From: Microcystaceae cyanobacterium | Lineage (GTDB): Bacteria; Cyanobacteriota; Cyanobacteriia; Cyanobacteriales; Microcystaceae | DNA length: 33,166 nt | Assembly: GCA_041746575.1 (NCBI GenBank) | Contig: JBGTGT010000124.1 | Span: 1 to 33,166 of the forward strand | Reading direction: 5' to 3' | Shown: piece by piece, positions 19,855 through 31,425 of the stretch | Position numbering within the stretch: the stretch's first letter is position 1 | Layout: the number at the start of each line of letters is the position of its first letter | Translations under genes and position numbers: made by a program | The notes under the pieces: model-generated | Seen by the model: only the letters and a program-made list of their open reading frames with translations | Database searches by the model: none | Told to the model about the DNA's origin: nothing

Positions 19855-20733
19855 ATGTCGAAACTGTCAGTCAAAACAGCGCAAAAACAACGGGTTGCCT
19901 TGATAATTCAATATTTAGGCAGTCACTTTCATGGCTGGCAACGACAGGCGAAGCATCGCTCCGTTCAAGGGGAAATAGAAGCGGCGATTGCTCGGATTCT
20001 GGGTCATCCTGTTACCTTACACGGGGCAGGCAGAACGGATGCAGGGGTTCATGCGGCGGCTATGGTCGCCCATTTTGACCATCAAAGCGTCATTCCAGCC
20101 GATCGGTGGGCAACAGTCTTAAATGGCCATTTACCTGAAGACGTGCTGATTCTAGCCTCGGCGCCGGTGGATTCTTGCTGGCACGCTCGCTTTTCTGCCC
20201 TCTGGCGACGATACCGTTATACCATTTATACGGATAAACAGCCTAATTTATTTGTGAAACCCTATAGTTGGCATTATTATCGGTTTCCGTTGCAAGAAAG
20301 TCTGATCAAGGAGGCGTTAATGCCCCTTTTGGGACAACATCATCTAGCGGCTTTCCACCGAGCGAATTCAAAGCGTCCCCATTCTTGGGTAGATATTCAA
20401 GCGGTAGATTGTTATCGTGGGGGATCGTTTCTCCATCTGGAAATTCAAGCTGTGGGTTTTCTCTATGGCATGATTCGCCTATTGGTGGGAATGTTGGTAG
20501 AGGTAGGAAGTTGCCAACGCAGTGTAACAAATTTTACCGATATTTGGGTTAATCAACGGCGAGATGCTGTAAAGTATGCCGCTCCTGCTTGTGGATTGTG
20601 TTTTCTCCGAGCAGGTTATGAACCGTTTCCTTTTCCCTCTCAACTGTGGTTTGATCGCCAACCGCTATTTCGCTTTAATTCGCAGATCTGCGAGGTTCAA
20701 AGTGAAGCCTCAAATTCTCAATCTAAACTCTAA
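19855..20733 (+). CDS. truA: tRNA pseudouridine(38-40) synthase
   Basis: [30 protein letters not shown]. Confidence 0.96.
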   Translation: MSKLSVKTAQKQRVALIIQYLGSHFHGWQRQAKHRSVQGEIEAAIARILGHPVTLHGAGRTDAGVHAAAMVAHFDHQSVIPADRWATVLNGHLPEDVLILASAPVDSCWHARFSALWRRYRYTIYTDKQPNLFVKPYSWHYYRFPLQESLIKEALMPLLGQHHLAAFHRANSKRPHSWVDIQAVDCYRGGSFLHLEIQAVGFLYGMIRLLVGMLVEVGSCQRSVTNFTDIWVNQRRDAVKYAAPACGLCFLRAGYEPFPFPSQLWFDRQPLFRFNSQICEVQSEASNSQSKL

Positions 20734-20737
20734 AACC

Positions 20738-21193
20738 ATGAATAAAACGATATTACCGAAAGAAGAAACGCTAGAAAAGACGTGGTACGTTGTTGATGCG
20801 GCTGATCAACGGTTAGGTCGCCTCGCGTCAGAAATCGCTATGATTTTACGGGGCAAAACCAAAGCCATCTTTACCCCTCATATGGATACGGGGGATTACG
20901 TTATTGTTGTTAATGCGGAAAAAGTGGTCGTCACGGGCAGAAAGCCTCAGCAAAAGCTCTATCGCCGCCATTCAGGTCGGCCGGGGGGCATGAAAACGGA
21001 GACATTTGAAAAATTGCAAGCTCGTATTCCAGAACGGATTATTGAACAGGCTATTAAAGGAATGTTACCGAAAAACGCATTAGGACGTAGATTGTTCACG
21101 AAATTAAAAGTTTATCGAGGATCTGACCATCCTCACCAAGCCCAACAGCCTCAAGTCTTAGAAATTAACACAATTCCCAACGGAGATAACTAA
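20738..21193 (+). CDS. rplM: 50S ribosomal protein L13
   Basis: MNKT start at 20738; [28 protein letters not shown]. Confidence 0.97.
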   Translation: MNKTILPKEETLEKTWYVVDAADQRLGRLASEIAMILRGKTKAIFTPHMDTGDYVIVVNAEKVVVTGRKPQQKLYRRHSGRPGGMKTETFEKLQARIPERIIEQAIKGMLPKNALGRRLFTKLKVYRGSDHPHQAQQPQVLEINTIPNGDN

Positions 21194-21612
21194 TGGAAAC
21201 CACTGCAAAAATCAGCAACGATCAGGTCGTTTATTGGGGTACAGGTCGTCGCAAGTCTTCCATTGCTAGAGTCCGTCTTATACCGGGCAGTGGGGAGATC
21301 ACGGTGAATGGTCGCTCTGGCGTTGATTACTTCAATCGCATTCCGGCTTATATTCAAGCGATTAAAAGTCCGCTGGAAACCTTGGGCTTGGAAAACGATT
21401 ATGATGTTTTGGTGAATGCCCACGGGGGTGGGTTGACGGGACAGGCTGATGCGGTAAAATTAGGTGTAGCGCGCGCTTTATGCGAACTTTCCCCTGAAAA
21501 CCGTCCACCTTTGAAAATTGAAGGTTACTTAACCCGTGATCCCCGGGCTAAAGAACGGAAGAAATACGGCTTACACAAAGCACGTAAAGCCCCTCAATAC
21601 TCAAAACGTTAA
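21193..21612 (+). CDS. rpsI: 30S ribosomal protein S9
   Basis: [35 protein letters not shown]. Confidence 0.98.
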   Translation: METTAKISNDQVVYWGTGRRKSSIARVRLIPGSGEITVNGRSGVDYFNRIPAYIQAIKSPLETLGLENDYDVLVNAHGGGLTGQADAVKLGVARALCELSPENRPPLKIEGYLTRDPRAKERKKYGLHKARKAPQYSKR

Positions 21613-21641
21613 TTTTCGATAGCAACTTTAGGAGAAAAATC

Positions 21642-21860
21642 ATGGCAAAATCTGATATTCACCCCGCTTGGTATCCTGAAAGCAAAGTTATTTGTAATGG
21701 CGAAGTGGTAATGACGGTGGGTTCAACTCAACCGGAAATTCATGTAGAAGTTTGGTCGGGAAACCACCCTTTTTATACGGGAACCCAAAAAATCATTGAT
21801 ACCGAAGGACGAGTGGATCGTTTTTTACGGAAATACGGCAAACTCAAGAAACAATCTTAG
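21642..21860 (+). CDS. rpmE: 50S ribosomal protein L31 (cyanobacterial type lacking the CxC/CxxC ribbon)
   Basis: [27 protein letters not shown]. Confidence 0.97.
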   Translation: MAKSDIHPAWYPESKVICNGEVVMTVGSTQPEIHVEVWSGNHPFYTGTQKIIDTEGRVDRFLRKYGKLKKQS

Positions 21861-22021
21861 TTTTTTGCCCCTATTGGCTTTCGGATCGCCAGTGTCTCTA
21901 TTGTTGAGTTACTGGCTTTTTCAATTGATATATAAATCTCCTATTATTCACTCAATTAAAAAGAAATCGCGGAAGTCTATTGGGTTCTCCCACGATTTCA
22001 GCAACAAAAACAGTCAGATGA

Positions 22022-23029
22022 TTATACAGAGGCGGCGACTTTGGGGGTTGCCTCCGTCGCTGTTAAATGCTCATAAACTTCGCGCATTTTCAAACCAACC
22101 AATACTTGAAAGAGTCCTGTTCCATTGTTAGAACCTGGGTATTCTTTATGTTTGAGCAGTAATTCTGTCATCTCGCCATAATATTTTGTTCCCGTTTTGC
22201 TGAGGTGGCTTTCAATGTAAATCATTTCCTCTAGATTATCAAACTGACCATCCACTTCTAAGATAGACACTTCGTTCCCCATAAAGTTGTCGGGACCATA
22301 ATACATCTTGATACCGGGATAAGCACAATTTAATTTTCTGCCACATGGCCGCCAATCAATGGTCGATCCTTCATCAAATAAGTAACAGGGGTCAAAATTC
22401 TCGATACCCTCTTTTTCAATTAAACGCACCCGTAAGAGCTTGCTTTCTTGATCATCTATTAACTGGGTCGGTAAAACTTGAATGACCACATCCGCATATT
22501 GTTTTTGGGGTTCAATATAAGCCGTAAAATCGGGTTTTCTGGCATTGATTGAAGCAAGAATGTCTTCGTAGCTGTGGCCGCGTTCTGCCATATCCCGTTG
22601 AATCTTCCAATTTATCTTAACTTCATCACTAATATCGAGATAAACACTAAAATCTATTAATCCTCGTACCCGTTTATCGTATAAAGGATGTAGTCCTTCA
22701 ATCACAACGACTTTATTCGGCTCAACTAATTCGGGGGGATCGAGTTCTCCGGTTTCGTGATTATAAATCGGTTTCTGAATCGATTGACCGTCTTTGAGGG
22801 CTTTAATTTGCTCCGCCATCAGATCAAAATTATTCGCTTTGGGGTTTAGAGCAGTTACACCGGCGGCTTTTCTGCCCTTGCGATCTAAACTGTGATAGTC
22901 ATCTAAACAAATTACCGTCATAAACTCTTGGCCGAATAAATCGGCTAAGCGACGTAAAAATGTTGACTTTCCGCAACCTGAATCTCCGGCGACTCCAATG
23001 AGAACCACGCGGTCTAGCTGAGTGGTCAT
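22022..23029 (-). CDS. prk: Phosphoribulokinase
   Basis: GDSGCGKST, ICLDDYHSLDR, EGLHP, RDMAERGH; ATG at 23029 (MTTQLDRVV) after GAGGG. Confidence 0.97.
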   Translation of the reverse strand: MTTQLDRVVLIGVAGDSGCGKSTFLRRLADLFGQEFMTVICLDDYHSLDRKGRKAAGVTALNPKANNFDLMAEQIKALKDGQSIQKPIYNHETGELDPPELVEPNKVVVIEGLHPLYDKRVRGLIDFSVYLDISDEVKINWKIQRDMAERGHSYEDILASINARKPDFTAYIEPQKQYADVVIQVLPTQLIDDQESKLLRVRLIEKEGIENFDPCYLFDEGSTIDWRPCGRKLNCAYPGIKMYYGPDNFMGNEVSILEVDGQFDNLEEMIYIESHLSKTGTKYYGEMTELLLKHKEYPGSNNGTGLFQVLVGLKMREVYEHLTATEATPKVAASV

Positions 23030-23461
23030 AGCTTCCCTCTTATACAAAAATGAATTGTTAACCCGTATTCTAAGCGTAATGCCTAAGTATTTGGTACTAG
23101 GTACTGTCAATGAATAATACCAGAACTAATGCCCCTGCTACAAGACTTTTTTCTCAGTTCGGGCAAATGTACTATTCTATAAGGGATCAGCTTTATTCCA
23201 ACTATCATAGGCTTTTCGAGTACCGGCATTTAGCGTTTAATGTTAGCAGAAAGGTTAAAAAGGGTCGTTACGTTTTTTCCATTTTATCTAACCCAGAACG
23301 CCAAAAAAATTCTCAAATTGATCCATTCTTGACAGTTCTCTGAAAATGTAATCGCTATGCTTTAGAGCAAACCCCTAGACTGTTATCGTTAATCGTTCTC
23401 CTTAGCTCAATGCTGAGAAGGTAGCCTTCCAATGGTAGGCTAAATAAAATAGCAAGATTGA

Positions 23462-24703
<1,242 letters not shown>

Positions 24704-24736
24704 TACACTTTCTTTTTTCAAAATGCAATCCTAAAG

Positions 24737-24759
24737 AAAGGTGGGTTATGCCCACCTTT
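24737..24759. terminator. Bidirectional terminator-like hairpin between convergent petH and flotillin genes
   Basis: AAAGGTGGG-TTATG-CCCACCTTT with A/T-rich ends. Confidence 0.65.
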
Positions 24760-24810
24760 TCGCTGTCTGGATAATGGAAAAAAAGACGTTGATTTAACCT
24801 AAGAGTTCGA

Positions 24811-26913
24811 TCAGAAGGTTGAACCCTGACTTTTTGACGATTTGATCGTTTCAGGCTCACCGTATCCCCCTGCATCCTCTTCCTCATTGAGGGATTGAAT
24901 TAAGATGTCGAATTCGTCGTGAGTTGGCAGTGAGGGAGATACCGTTTCCGTTTTCCTGATTTCTGTCGAGAGGGTTTTTGAGGAAGAGGAGGGATGAGCC
25001 AGAGAAATCTCCTCAGCAGGGGTGGAGAGTAAATTTTTTACTTGACTCACCACATTTCCTAATTTTCCTTCATCTAAAAGGGAGTTTAAAAGGGTCAATC
25101 CACTGGTAGACAGCAAAAGTTTACTGATATCCCCTATACTGGTTGAACCGTTCCCATTTTGCCCATGCAAGCCCGGAAATGAGTAAATTCGAGCATCACC
25201 CAACACTCCTGGTTGCGGAGCAAGAGCTTGGATAATAATAGGCAATTGAGGGACTAATTCTGGCCAAATGGTTTTAATGAGGTCGGCCGTCCGATTAGCG
25301 GTACTGAGGGCATTTTCAGCTTGAATCAAGGCACATTTACCCTCGGCTTCTGCTAAATCTTTGTATTTCGCTGCATCTGCCAAGGTGCGAATCGATTCTG
25401 CTTCTAATTCTGCCGCCTGTCGAGCAATTTCAGCTTGACGACGACGACGGAAGACATCTATTTCGACGACGTTTTGGTCAGCAATACGTTTTTCTTGGGC
25501 TTGTCGTTCTGCCGCAATTAAGGATAATTGTCGTTCCCGTTCAGCTTTTTCTACCTCTTTTGCCGTGATAACAGCAGATTCTGCCGTCGCTTTTTCTGCT
25601 TCTGCTTCTAGTCGTTCTTTTTCTTTATTAGCGATCGCAATCGCCGCTTGTTGTTGAGCAATTTCGGATTCTTGTTGCGCCGCCGCGACTTCTGCTTTTG
25701 CTTGTAAATCAGAGGATTGAATCGTTTTTTGACGGGTAATTTCGGCAACTTCAGATTCTTGTTGTTGCAAGGTTTGGGCAACCTTGAATTGCTTATTTTG
25801 CTCTTCTAGGGCAATGTTAGCGGCAATTTGTTTCTGTTGAACTGCTAATTTTTGTTGAATTTGTTCCTCGGCAACGGCTTGTTCTTGCAAAATTTTATTT
25901 TGCTCAATTTTTGCCGCTTCTTTATCTTTAGACTCTTGGATTTCCCTTTGTTGTTGCGCTCTTAAGAATTCCAGTGCTTTTTGTTGACTTAAATTTGCAT
26001 TTTCTTTATCTTGAGCAATCTTTAAAGACAGTTTTTCTGCTTCTAGTTCTTTAGCTTCTATGGCTACCTTCGTTACTAATTCAACCTCTCGTTTTTGTTG
26101 AATAGATTTTTGAATCGTTTCCGTTCTCAGTCTGACACCTTGAGCATCGAAGTAGTCATTTTCATTATAAGTATCACTTTCTTCAATTTCAGAAATAGCA
26201 ATATTATTAAGGGTTAACCCGACTTTTTTTAAATCATCTTGGATTAAGTTTAAAACTGTGTCAGCAAAATCAATCTTATCGGAATCAATTTCTGCAATTT
26301 TTTTCTGTTTTGCCGCCGCACGAATGGCATCGTCTGCCCGATTGTCGATCGCTTTTTTAATATTAGTGTCGGAAATTTTTCCGTTTTCAGAAAGACGTGC
26401 TGCCGCCGTCAGAATATCTTTTTCTTGTGCGTTAATACAAACATAAAATGTCACTCGCATATTAGCCCGTAAATAGTCCTGTGTCCTTACTGCTAAGTTA
26501 CCTGAACGGACGACATCAATCGAGATTTCTTTAAGAGGAACACGAGTCACTTCATGAAAGCCCGGAATAACAATACATCCTCCATTTAAAACCACTTTTT
26601 TGTTTTTTTGAATCACGCCACCGGCAATTACTAATGCTTCATTGGTGGGCGCAATGACATAAAAACGGGTATAAAGAAAGATACTAAAAAGCAGTAAGAA
26701 AAGAAGAACACCAATCCCTCCTAAAAACCCCATAAACGGAATCGCTCCCAGTTGCGCTAAAGTGGGTGTCGGTTGCAGGGTTTCAAGGGTTCCAATGAAG
26801 GATACAGACTCAATTTCTGCTGAAAGATGGGATGGCGTTTCTTTCTGTTTTATACTCTCTTGAGATAAAGGAAGGGGGGGCAAAGACTGAATAAAGGTTA
26901 ACCAAAAGTTCAT
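24811..26913 (-). CDS. Flotillin/SPFH (YqiK-like) membrane protein
   Basis: N-terminal TM helix, SPFH domain (APTNEALVI, VRTQDYLRA, GLTLNNIAI), long A/E/Q coiled coil, AEAEG flotillin motif. Confidence 0.9.
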   Translation of the reverse strand: MNFWLTFIQSLPPLPLSQESIKQKETPSHLSAEIESVSFIGTLETLQPTPTLAQLGAIPFMGFLGGIGVLLFLLLFSIFLYTRFYVIAPTNEALVIAGGVIQKNKKVVLNGGCIVIPGFHEVTRVPLKEISIDVVRSGNLAVRTQDYLRANMRVTFYVCINAQEKDILTAAARLSENGKISDTNIKKAIDNRADDAIRAAAKQKKIAEIDSDKIDFADTVLNLIQDDLKKVGLTLNNIAISEIEESDTYNENDYFDAQGVRLRTETIQKSIQQKREVELVTKVAIEAKELEAEKLSLKIAQDKENANLSQQKALEFLRAQQQREIQESKDKEAAKIEQNKILQEQAVAEEQIQQKLAVQQKQIAANIALEEQNKQFKVAQTLQQQESEVAEITRQKTIQSSDLQAKAEVAAAQQESEIAQQQAAIAIANKEKERLEAEAEKATAESAVITAKEVEKAERERQLSLIAAERQAQEKRIADQNVVEIDVFRRRRQAEIARQAAELEAESIRTLADAAKYKDLAEAEGKCALIQAENALSTANRTADLIKTIWPELVPQLPIIIQALAPQPGVLGDARIYSFPGLHGQNGNGSTSIGDISKLLLSTSGLTLLNSLLDEGKLGNVVSQVKNLLSTPAEEISLAHPSSSSKTLSTEIRKTETVSPSLPTHDEFDILIQSLNEEEDAGGYGEPETIKSSKSQGSTF

Positions 26914-26950
26914 AAGTCTATCTCCTTTTTAGGAATTTATTTTTTAAGAG

Positions 26951-27691
26951 TTACTGATGACTGTTCATCCATTTATCTTCATCGGAACTTTCTTTAGCAA
27001 TGGCTAAATATCCTCTTTGATGTTGTTCAATAATTAAGACCGGATAACCTCGATGGGGAATAACCGTTGCCCAGTGGGGTAAAGCGACACCGATGCTCAC
27101 TAAATTTCCGGCAGTATCGTAGACATTTACTTGACCAATTTTTCCCTCTGTTAAATAGGGCAATTTCTTAGAAGAAACGGTTCCAATACAACCAATTAGT
27201 CGCTCACTACTGACATCTTCACCAAAGGAAGCAAACAGATGTGCAATGGGATGAGATAAAAGGCTTCCTATCAAAATTCCAATGAGAAAAGATGTGATTA
27301 AAACAACACCTCCTAAGCCCCAAAATTGATCAGGAATTTTGCCCGTTATGCTCTGAATAATCGTATTTAAAATCCATCCTGCCATGCCCCAACTACTAAA
27401 ATCGATGCCTAATAAAATCATTAACGGAGCTTTTCCTAGGCCTATCCAACTTAATAATCGCCAAGGATTAAACCCTTTTTCTCCATCAATCTCTAGATCG
27501 GCATCGGTGTCGATTTCGACTTCAAGATCACTATTAACCTTAAATCGACTGCCATCACTACCCCCAAAATTCGTATCTGAATCAATTTCTAAATCCTCTT
27601 CGCCATCGCTTGAAAAAATAATGAGGCTAAAAAAAATAATGCCGATGACAATCAATGCCCAATAGAGAAAGTTTGCTGGGTGTAAAATCAT
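26951..27691 (-). CDS. YqiJ/NfeD-like membrane protein with C-terminal OB fold (flotillin partner)
   Basis: N-terminal TM, acidic linker, LSWIGLGKAPLMILL, further TMs, LIGCIGTV..GQV beta domain; 37 nt upstream of the flotillin gene. Confidence 0.8.
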   Translation of the reverse strand: MILHPANFLYWALIVIGIIFFSLIIFSSDGEEDLEIDSDTNFGGSDGSRFKVNSDLEVEIDTDADLEIDGEKGFNPWRLLSWIGLGKAPLMILLGIDFSSWGMAGWILNTIIQSITGKIPDQFWGLGGVVLITSFLIGILIGSLLSHPIAHLFASFGEDVSSERLIGCIGTVSSKKLPYLTEGKIGQVNVYDTAGNLVSIGVALPHWATVIPHRGYPVLIIEQHQRGYLAIAKESSDEDKWMNSHQ

Positions 27692-27766
27692 GGCGAAAGA
27701 ACAACGATTACACTATTTTGATCATAGTCATCGCTGTCCCTGAACGGTGAAAAAAATAGAAAATCT

Positions 27767-28204
27767 TTACAACTTTTTGAGTTTATTAATAAATTGTGCT
27801 TCCTTAATCCACTGTTTTATAATGGCAACGGAAGGATCTGCGCTTCTTTGTCGTAGAGTTGCGACTTGAAGTTTAACAATTTGAGACCTTAAGCGAGAAA
27901 TCGGCGTATTTGCTAAGCTTTTAAGGGAAATAATACCTGAGTGCAATAATAAACCACAATATTGACAGCCTACGCTAGGTGAACGGGCTAAATCAGCCAT
28001 GGCGATCCATTTTTGCAGATAATTAAGATGGATTTTCAATTGTTGAGAAAGATGATGTTTTTGCGCTGAAGTTTGCGCTTTTTGAAGTAAATTTTTTGTA
28101 GTATAAATGCCTTGTTCATGCCAATCAGCTAAAGATTTTTGCGGAAAATTCGGTAAGTCTTCAATTTTCCAATAGTTAATGTTCTGTTTTTGCTCAATCT
28201 TCAT
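27767..28204 (-). CDS. DUF4332-like helix-hairpin-helix protein
   Basis: IEDLP, GIYTTKNLL, KWIAMADLAR.PSVGCQYCGLLLHSGI, PS...IKQWI pattern. Confidence 0.75.
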   Translation of the reverse strand: MKIEQKQNINYWKIEDLPNFPQKSLADWHEQGIYTTKNLLQKAQTSAQKHHLSQQLKIHLNYLQKWIAMADLARSPSVGCQYCGLLLHSGIISLKSLANTPISRLRSQIVKLQVATLRQRSADPSVAIIKQWIKEAQFINKLKKL

Positions 28205-28343
28205 TATTAATATTAATCACCTCCATCTAAAATAAATGAGGCAAAAAGTAAAAGAATTGAGAAGAAATTGAATTACGTTATTGAGATCAATCAAGAATTA
28301 TTTCTCCTCTCCCAAAATAGGTAAATCGTCCTTTTTGAAATAA

Positions 28344-28991
28344 TTATCTTAAGTCAGAAAGCTTTGACAGACGACTTTCTCTTGCCTTTATTAATTGACG
28401 TATCCCATAAATTGAAGCAATGATTACAATAACCCCCAAAGCCACTAAACCAAATTGAGTTACCCCTGCAATCAGTTGATTTAAGGATACAACACTTCCC
28501 AAAAAATAGGATAAAGTCACCATGATTAACGCCCAAATCGTTGCTCCTCCTAAATTACATAGTAAAAATTGAGGATAGGGCATCTGCACTATTCCAGCAA
28601 TTGGCCCGGCAAAAATTCTTAATAATGTGACAAAACGCCCCCAAAAAACAGCTTTAGGAGCATCTTTCAGGAACTTTCGTCTTGCTTCTTCTAAACGACT
28701 TTCAGGAACATTAAAAACCTGCGTTAATCTAACTAAAAGAGGCCATCCACCCGTTTTACCAATCCAATAACCGATATTATCCCCAATGACCGCTCCTGCG
28801 ATCGCACATCCTAAGACCTTTCCATAGACTAATTCGCCGCTTCCTGCTAAAAAACCGCCGATCAGAGTTATTGTCTCGCCTGGTAGGGGAATTCCTGTAT
28901 TTTCCACTGCAATTCCTAAAAAAACAGACCAGTATCCATATTTGTGAGCGATCGCTTCAAGGGTTTCTAAGGAAAAAAGCTCAATAGCCAT
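28344..28991 (-). CDS. DedA family membrane protein
   Basis: ENTGIPLPGE, GAVIGDNIGYWIG, GRFVTLLR, AG...MPYPQF..N. Confidence 0.92.
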   Translation of the reverse strand: MAIELFSLETLEAIAHKYGYWSVFLGIAVENTGIPLPGETITLIGGFLAGSGELVYGKVLGCAIAGAVIGDNIGYWIGKTGGWPLLVRLTQVFNVPESRLEEARRKFLKDAPKAVFWGRFVTLLRIFAGPIAGIVQMPYPQFLLCNLGGATIWALIMVTLSYFLGSVVSLNQLIAGVTQFGLVALGVIVIIASIYGIRQLIKARESRLSKLSDLR

Positions 28992-28998
28992 GATTAGC

Positions 28999-29016
28999 TT
29001 AACAAAGGTTTACACT
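28999..29016. promoter_or_regulatory. HLR1-like (RpaB) direct repeat upstream of dedA
   Basis: TTAACAAA-GG-TTTACACT, one mismatch per half-site to (G/T)TTACA(T/A)(T/A)-N2-repeat; minus-strand TAAAAT at 29020-29025. Confidence 0.35.
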
Positions 29017-29119
29017 TTCATTTTACGATGACTTTGTGTGGATTTGGGGGTAAATGTTGGGTGCGAGGGATAAACTTCACTGTTAAACTGATTACTGGTC
29101 ACTGTTTAAACATCCTATC

Positions 29120-30652
29120 ATGTCCCATCCTTCTCCCCAAGAACCCAATTCTTCCTCAAATTTGGAGGAAATTCGGGCAACACGTCTGGAAAAAGTCCAT
29201 AAAATTCAAGAATTAGGCTTAAATCCCTACGAATATCAATGGAAATCCACCCATCACGCCGCAGAGTTACAAGAGGCTTATAAAGATTTACAAAAGGGGG
29301 AAGAAATCGAGATAAACGTTGCTATTGCTGGGCGTATTATTAACCGTCGGGTATTAGGCAAATTAGCCTTTTTTAACCTACAAGATGAAACGGGAACCAT
29401 TCAGTTATATCTTGACAAAAAAGAAATTAATGCCGCCATGAAGTCCCTTGAAAGTCCCTTCAATCACTTAATAAAATTAACCGATGCGGGGGATATTATA
29501 GGGGTAAAAGGAACGATTAAACGGACAGAAAAAGGAGAACTTTCAGTTAAAGTCACTGACTATACTATTCTCACCAAATCCCTGCTACCGTTACCTGATA
29601 AATGGCATGGGTTAACAGATACCGAAAAACGCTACCGTCAGCGTTATATAGATTTAATTGTTAATCCGCAAGTTCGTCAAACCTTTCGCCGTCGTGCTGA
29701 AATTACAGCAGCTATTCGTCGTTATTTAGATGAACAAGACTTTATTGAGATTGAAACGCCCGTTTTACAGAGTGAAGCCGGAGGAGCCGACGCCCGGCCA
29801 TTTATGACCTATCATAATACGTTGGAGATGGATTTATATCTCCGCATTGCCACCGAATTGCATCTTAAACGCTTAATTGTTGGTGGCTTTGAAAAGGTTT
29901 TTGAAATGGGACGAATTTTCCGAAACGAAGGCATTTCAACGAAACATAATCCTGAATTTACTTCGATTGAAGTGTATCAAGCTTATGCCGATTATCAAGA
30001 TATGATGAACTTAACCGAAAACATTATTATCGAGTCGGCAAAAAAAGTTTTAGGTACTTTAAAACTTACCTATCAAGATACAGAAATTGATTTAACTCCC
30101 CCATGGCAACGGGTTACCATGCACGAAATTGTAGCGGAAAAAACAGGCGTTAATTTTAGTGAATTGACCACCTTGACAGAGGGCAAAAAAGCTGCCGAAA
30201 AAGCAGGAATTCATGTGCCTGAAGATTGTGATTCTTTGGGAAAATTACTCAATGAAGCCTTTGAACAAAAAGTAGAAGAAACGCTAATTCAACCGACTTT
30301 CGTTTTAGATTATCCTGTCGAGATTTCCCCTTTGGCAAAACCCCATCGTACCAAAAAAGGATTAGTAGAACGATTTGAATTATTTATTGTCGGTCGGGAA
30401 ACCGCTAACAGTTTTTCTGAATTAACAGATCCCATTGAGCAACGAAAAAGACTAGAAGCACAAGCCGAAAAGAAAGCCTCCGGCGACGAAGAAGCGCACA
30501 GTTTAGATGAAGACTTCATTACCGCTCTAGAATATGGAATGCCACCGACGGGAGGATTAGGCATTGGCATTGATCGTTTGGTCATGCTATTAACCGACTC
30601 ACCCAGTATTCGAGATGTGATTGCTTTTCCCTTATTAAAAAGTCAGAATTAA
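29120..30652 (+). CDS. lysS: Lysine--tRNA ligase (class II)
   Basis: [48 protein letters not shown]. Confidence 0.98.
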   Translation: MSHPSPQEPNSSSNLEEIRATRLEKVHKIQELGLNPYEYQWKSTHHAAELQEAYKDLQKGEEIEINVAIAGRIINRRVLGKLAFFNLQDETGTIQLYLDKKEINAAMKSLESPFNHLIKLTDAGDIIGVKGTIKRTEKGELSVKVTDYTILTKSLLPLPDKWHGLTDTEKRYRQRYIDLIVNPQVRQTFRRRAEITAAIRRYLDEQDFIEIETPVLQSEAGGADARPFMTYHNTLEMDLYLRIATELHLKRLIVGGFEKVFEMGRIFRNEGISTKHNPEFTSIEVYQAYADYQDMMNLTENIIIESAKKVLGTLKLTYQDTEIDLTPPWQRVTMHEIVAEKTGVNFSELTTLTEGKKAAEKAGIHVPEDCDSLGKLLNEAFEQKVEETLIQPTFVLDYPVEISPLAKPHRTKKGLVERFELFIVGRETANSFSELTDPIEQRKRLEAQAEKKASGDEEAHSLDEDFITALEYGMPPTGGLGIGIDRLVMLLTDSPSIRDVIAFPLLKSQN

Positions 30653-30666
30653 AGTTAGTTTAGCAG

Positions 30667-30751
30667 AGGTGTTAGGTTTCTTGATTTGATAGTTCGGAGA
30701 TATAATAATTAATGATTAACCTTGTCTCTAAACCCCTAGAACCTAACACCT
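30667..30751. terminator. Inverted repeat between convergent lysS and ferredoxin genes
   Basis: AGGTGTTAGGTT (30667-30678) and AACCTAACACCT (30740-30751), a perfect 12-bp pair around a 61-nt loop. Confidence 0.45.
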
Positions 30752-30755
30752 ATTT

Positions 30756-31058
30756 TTAGGGTTTTGTCTTAACCGTTACTGCCCCATTGACTAAGGTTTG
30801 ACAAGCTAAACGGTAATTTTCGGGTTTTTTGCGTAAAACGCGTTGTTCAAAGTCTGTTTTGGGGGAAAGATTTTCCATTCCGGTGATAACTTCGACAATG
30901 CACGTCCCACATTGTCCGTAGCCACCGCAATTCATCAGTTTTCCTTTAAGGGTGTAGAGATCAACCTGATTTTTCAAGGCTTTTTCTCGTAAATTTGAGC
31001 CATTAGCCGTTACTATTTCTTTAATCGTTTCTTTGTCTTTATTTACAAAAGTAATCAT
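30756..31058 (-). CDS. 2Fe-2S ferredoxin-like protein
   Basis: [11 protein letters not shown]...RLACQ cluster ligands; AGGAG upstream. Confidence 0.92.
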   Translation of the reverse strand: MITFVNKDKETIKEIVTANGSNLREKALKNQVDLYTLKGKLMNCGGYGQCGTCIVEVITGMENLSPKTDFEQRVLRKKPENYRLACQTLVNGAVTVKTKP

Positions 31059-31425
31059 TGTGATGGGATCTCCTGAATTGCTTACTGCTATCTTAACAAT
31101 ATTAAGAAATTATAAGAAATTTTATCTGTCCTCAGAAAAAATCTGGAGGTGTGGTAAGAGGAGATAGGATGTCAAAAAGACGGAAATAAAGAAAAAACAA
31201 GATGCGTGCAGAATTGACGAAAATGTAAAATTCTCTGATGACCAAAGCTGGGTAATCGTCTAACATTACCCCCAAAAAAAGACTTACCGAAACTTGCAAG
31301 CCGCTTAAGTAAATGTTCTTATTGCCCCTGTTCCCTAAAAACGGGTAACCTTGTGCCTCATTTAAGTTGCATGAGATAGAGAAATCGGAAAACAGAGGGA
31401 GAAATTTAGACTCATCTGCTTTCTG

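Noticed and set aside
6575..21423. Many antisense or alternate-frame ORFs within ribosomal genes, secY and truA
   Set aside because: Shadow ORFs of conserved genes with no recognisable motifs or RBS.
5760..21860. Absence of rpsJ, rpsN, rpmD, map and rpsD from the cluster
   Set aside because: This is the normal cyanobacterial arrangement, not a lesion.
21796..22131. 111-aa ORF bridging rpmE and prk
   Set aside because: Overlaps both genes, has a TTG start and no motif; likely spurious.
9037..23110. N-terminal extensions in the ORF track for rpsC, rplO, infA, rplM and prk
   Set aside because: Family N-termini and RBS positions support starts at 9127, 14401, 16978, 20738 and 23029.
23110..23343. 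77-aa ORF in the prk-petH spacer
   Set aside because: No SD or recognisable domain and it lies in the expected promoter region; cannot be fully excluded without Ribo-seq.
31059..31425. psbM or another small gene next to the ferredoxin
   Set aside because: No PsbM-like or otherwise convincing ORF was found by eye on either strand.
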